Assembly: GCF_001194135.2 (NCBI RefSeq)
Contig: NC_068988.1
Location: forward strand, 83,408,234 to 83,472,233
From: Octopus bimaculoides
Lineage: Eukaryota
Length of the DNA: 64,000 nucleotides
Direction of reading: 5' to 3'
Shown: one piece after another, positions 62,350 through 64,000 of the stretch
Layout of the letters: every line of letters starts with the position of its first letter
How positions within the stretch are numbered: the stretch's first letter is position 1
Program-made: the position numbers and the translations under genes
The notes under the pieces: model-generated
What the model was told of the DNA's origin: nothing
Databases searched by the model: none
Seen by the model: only the letters and a program-made list of their open reading frames with translations

Positions 62350-64000
62350 CTGCAACCGTTATAGATTTACCTGGTTAGCTATCAAATTAAATCTGAGATC
62401 AAAAGAGCAGGTTTAACTTGAGATAGGCAAACAAAAGTAAATGCTTAAGGGTTTCTTCTGAACAAACTAAGATATTAATAGTTGTATAACAGACAGTAAA
62501 ATGACACAAAACAGTGTGTGTCTTGGTTTCAATTCCCAGGGTCTCTTATGAACAACCTAGACATTAATAATTATACAACAGACAGTAAGCTACCATCATG
62601 TTGAGTTTTGTGTATTGGTTTCAATTCCTAGGTGTAGTCATTTCATGTCACTACCACCACCACCACCACCACCAGCAGCTGGATGAGTCTTCATAGGAAC
62701 ATCTTGATCTTGTAACTTAATCCTATTTCCTTCCATAAGTAAAGCAAATCATTTTCAGACCTCACTGAGTCACTTAATGTCTGGTACATAAGAACATATA
62801 ATTTAAACCAAAATTAATCATCCTAATTTAATTCATACCATCTTATCATAATTGTATCTGACCAAATATCTACAATTTCAAGTAGACACAGGTGTCAAGA
62901 AAGGCATGTTCATGTCATAGATCCTGTCACCACCCTCTAATGAATGCAGTAAGAAGTAGACATAAATATACATATCTACCAGATCACCTATGTAAGAGTA
63001 AACTTAAAGATCATATAATAAGAATCATGACAATCAATAATGAATCACTTCATTCTCAATAAATTCTGACAGATTCAAATATGAATATCTGGTTGCTGAT
63101 GATTTTCGTCATAAGAAAATACCTCTTCCTTCCTTGAGATGATATTTGTTCCCAATACATGCAATTTACTAATGTAAGGAGACTTTGAGACACCGTGGCG
63201 TTTTGACCCTTTTGTATGTCTCCTCAGTAACAGCTAACCCTCCGGCTGATTCCTATAAACAAGAGGTCACACTCTTGTTAAATCGAGGAAACACACAATA
63301 AAGTTGAAACACCACACTGTTTCAAAATGTCTTTACATCAATGAATCATATGTGTTATGAACACAAATTGTCTAAAGGGAGGAGGTGCTCTCTGATGACA
63401 GAAAACAACAGTGATCAACATATTTATGTTTGGACATGGAACATATTAAGAATGAATAGATACATTATTGTTTGAATTGTTCTGAATAATAATAACATTT
63501 ACTTATATATAGATAATGAAGTAAATGTGAAACAGAAAAAAACAACAGCAGTTATATCATTGTTGTTATATTTCTCCTCTTCGTTATTGATATTATAACA
63601 ACAATTTTTCATGTTCATAAGGGCTACATAAATCTGTAATATGTGACATCTTTACTCCTCATGGATTGCATTATTTCAACTTCTTATACCTTACATCTTC
63701 AAATGTGACCTCACCTCTTCTAAAGTCCTAGGTCTGCTTCTGTCTGTACCTTCCTCCTCCTCCTCATCATCATCGTCAGTTAACGTCTGTTTTCCATGCT
63801 GGCATGAGTTGGATGGTTTGACAGAAGCTGGCTAGGCAGAAGACTACACCAAGCTTCACTTCTGTTTTGGCATGGCTTTTATGGCCAGATGCCCTTCCTA
63901 ACACCAACTACCCCACAGAATGAACTGAGTGCCTTTTATGTGGCACCACCACCGGTGAGGTCTGTTTTGGCATGACTTTTACAGCTGGATGCCCTTCCAG

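Noticed and set aside
63123-63252. Candidate upstream TTC33 exon on the - strand
   Set aside because: All three frames contain stops, and the expected W.TLGRAQ-type motif is absent.

Overview
This is AT-rich, microsatellite- and transposon-dense eukaryotic DNA from a gapped scaffold (8 N-runs). The SINE families and the invertebrate-type proteins point to an octopus (inference). Two host genes face each other. A complete 5-coding-exon TMEM38/TRIC cation channel gene lies on the + strand (11037-52749, 281 aa, all junctions GT-AG and in phase, 28.8-kb first intron). The last coding exon of a TTC33-like TPR gene lies on the - strand (62349-61930). The rest is mostly mobile DNA: several tRNA-derived SINE families (some in tandem and inverted arrays), RTE LINE 3' ends, a Tc1 element, three mariner elements or fragments, a canonical Helitron, hAT, piggyBac, Tc1-type and Chapaev3-like MITEs, and BEL and Gypsy remnants. 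The most unusual item is a foldback DNA-transposon family, present in two copies, whose centre is a head-to-head TTAGGG/CCCTAA telomere-like block. Other notable signals are MITEs ending in the RSS-heptamer sequence, an apparent CpG-decay boundary inside TMEM38 intron 1, an inverted SINE array between the two convergent 3' ends, and an odd stop-containing tandem acceptor at the TTC33 last exon. No database search was possible. Family names come from motif recognition, and repeat boundaries without a visible TSD are approximate.
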